A stretch of DNA of 64,000 nt from Obrimoposthia wandeli (taxonomy: Eukaryota). How positions within the stretch are numbered: position 1 is the stretch's first letter; the number at the start of each line of letters is the position of its first letter. Made by a program: the position numbers and the translations under genes. Positions 62,584-64,000 of this stretch are shown here, piece by piece. Below the pieces are notes generated by a model. That model saw nothing but the letters and a program-made list of their open reading frames with translations, was not told the DNA's origin and did not search any database. Location of the stretch: the NCBI GenBank assembly GCA_977020255.1, contig CDROCS010004875.1:1-64000 (forward strand), read 5' to 3'.

Positions 62584-64000
62584 AGTAGGGGGAAGTGGGT
62601 CTTCTGGCTCACCCCCCCTGTGTGCAAGTGAGCCAGAAGACCCTAGCAACAAGTCGCGTGCCATGGCACGTGTGCGCACACCATGGCACGTGTGCGCACA
62701 CCACGGCACGTGCCACATGTGTGTATTGTTGCCGTGGCAACTACGGCACGTGTCAAGGTCACGTTTTTGTTTTAATAATCAATTTTTTGCGCAAAATTTA
62801 AATTTTTCAAAATGGCTTTTTTGCGCAAAATTTTAAATTTAAAAAAAAAAAAATCTTAAAAATTTCAAAAAAAAAAAATCTTAAAATTTTCAAAAAAAAC
62901 AAAATCTTAAAATTTTCAAAAAAAATAAATCTTAAAATTTTCCAAAAAAAAACTTAAAATTTTCCAAAAAAAATAAATCTTAAAATTTTCAAAAAAAAAA
63001 AATCTTAAAATTTTCCAAAAAAAAAAAAACTTAAAAATTTCAAACTAAAAATTTTTTACAGAAAACAAAATTGTTTACAAAATATTTTATACTTTAGAAT
63101 TAAAATTTTACACATAATTTTTATACTTTAGAAAAGACAAAGACAAATTGGATACAATATCAGCTATCAGTGTCATCAGCAATTTTTCGAATGTCGCAAT
63201 TAAACTGACATCTATATTTCTCTAATTGTTGCTGAATAATATGTCAATTGAATATAGATTTGATGTAAATGTAACCCTGGGAAAACTATTATGTGTGCAT
63301 GTCTTAAAAATGGTAGGGTTAAATTATGTCATACTGTATAGAATGCACACTGTTGTTAGGATCAAAATATATATTTTCTGGAGGTTACGTCATAAGGTTA
63401 AAAAACATCAGTGTATTAAGATGTTCTTTTATTAATTTTAAAATATGTTTTTTTAGAATGTTATAAATTATTATAGTTTATAAATGAGAAAACAAATTAG
63501 AAAATAAACATTTATTTACTAATCCCATCAAGTATTTTCCAAGTAGGAGTCACTAATCCACTAGGTCCGATCTTGTATCCTTGTATCTTCATATTGATAT
63601 TCCATTGTAATCCAGTTGGGCATTCAATTAATATTGATCCATCTATATTTCTGAAAATGGCTTCATCTCCTTTGATAATGAATTTGGGTTCTTGCAGACA
63701 ATACTCACAATTAATTTTTGTAAGTATTTTATTTATTCTTTCAACATCAGCTTTAATAATATTGGAAATCAGGTAATTGAATTTCTGTTTTTCCACCGAT
63801 ACTGGATATCTGAAATTATAATGGATGGGGTTCTTGAGAAAATGAATCTCGTAACCATGAAAAGTATGAACACGTTGATACAAATCGGTTATGGCTTGCA
63901 TTTTTATGAAAATTTATGAAATTTCTCATCGTTTATATATAAATCAATGTAGATATTAACCAATGAGAGTTAAATGGTGTGTTTATAGAACATTAATAAT
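62584..64000. mobile_element. Element C: probable left end of a third Polinton-type element, extending past the window
   Basis: AGTAGGGGGAAG terminus, 16-bp hairpin (62597-62612 with 62628-62643), 20-bp GC-rich tandem (ccatggcacgtgtgcgcaca), A-rich ~23-bp tandem (62846-63050) and an inward ORF. The other end is not visible. Confidence 0.55.
63512..63901 (-). CDS. Hypothetical 129-aa protein in element C
   Basis: Uninterrupted ATG ORF in very AT-rich DNA with globular-looking composition; no motif recognised. Confidence 0.5.
   Translation of the reverse strand: MQAITDLYQRVHTFHGYEIHFLKNPIHYNFRYPVSVEKQKFNYLISNIIKADVERINKILTKINCEYCLQEPKFIIKGDEAIFRNIDGSILIECPTGLQWNINMKIQGYKIGPSGLVTPTWKILDGISK

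Noticed and set aside
62597-62646. Helitron 3' end (hairpin followed by CTAG)
   Set aside because: The Helitron body would have to include the intact CaMKII exon, and the AGTAGG terminus with Polinton-like layout explains it better.

Overview
AT-rich animal genomic DNA. A flatworm such as a planarian is my guess from the 41-57 nt introns, the transposon complement and the divergent CaMKII; this is inference only. The single host gene found is a CaMKII on the minus strand. Eight in-phase exons (62550 down to 19765) encode the end of the kinase domain, the regulatory segment, an unusually long Ala/Ser/Thr linker and the hub domain; the rest of the kinase lies beyond 64000. Most other recognisable sequence is mobile DNA, dominated by three Polinton/Maverick-type elements with AGTAGG termini. 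Element A (8183-16172) is a deleted, pseudogenised Polinton whose polymerase, protease and a basic ORF carry five tiny spliceosomal introns; splicing reveals a long N-terminal extension on pPolB. Element B (35919-43879) is a 7.96-kb non-coding foldback in a CaMKII intron with about 2-kb inverted arms, a perfect 6-bp TSD, nested terminal hairpins and a satellite core. Element C starts at 62584, 33 bp from a CaMKII splice acceptor, and runs off the window. Also present: the 5' end of a Ty3/gypsy-like LTR element (repeat-filled LTR, elongator tRNA-Met PBS, broken gag), a frameshifted hAT, a TTAA piggyBac-like MITE carrying a Polinton protease fragment, and relics of BEL/Pao, Tc1/mariner, pogo, Chapaev3-like, Charlie/SPIN-like hAT and LINE elements. 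Family assignments rest on motif recognition from memory, not on database searches.
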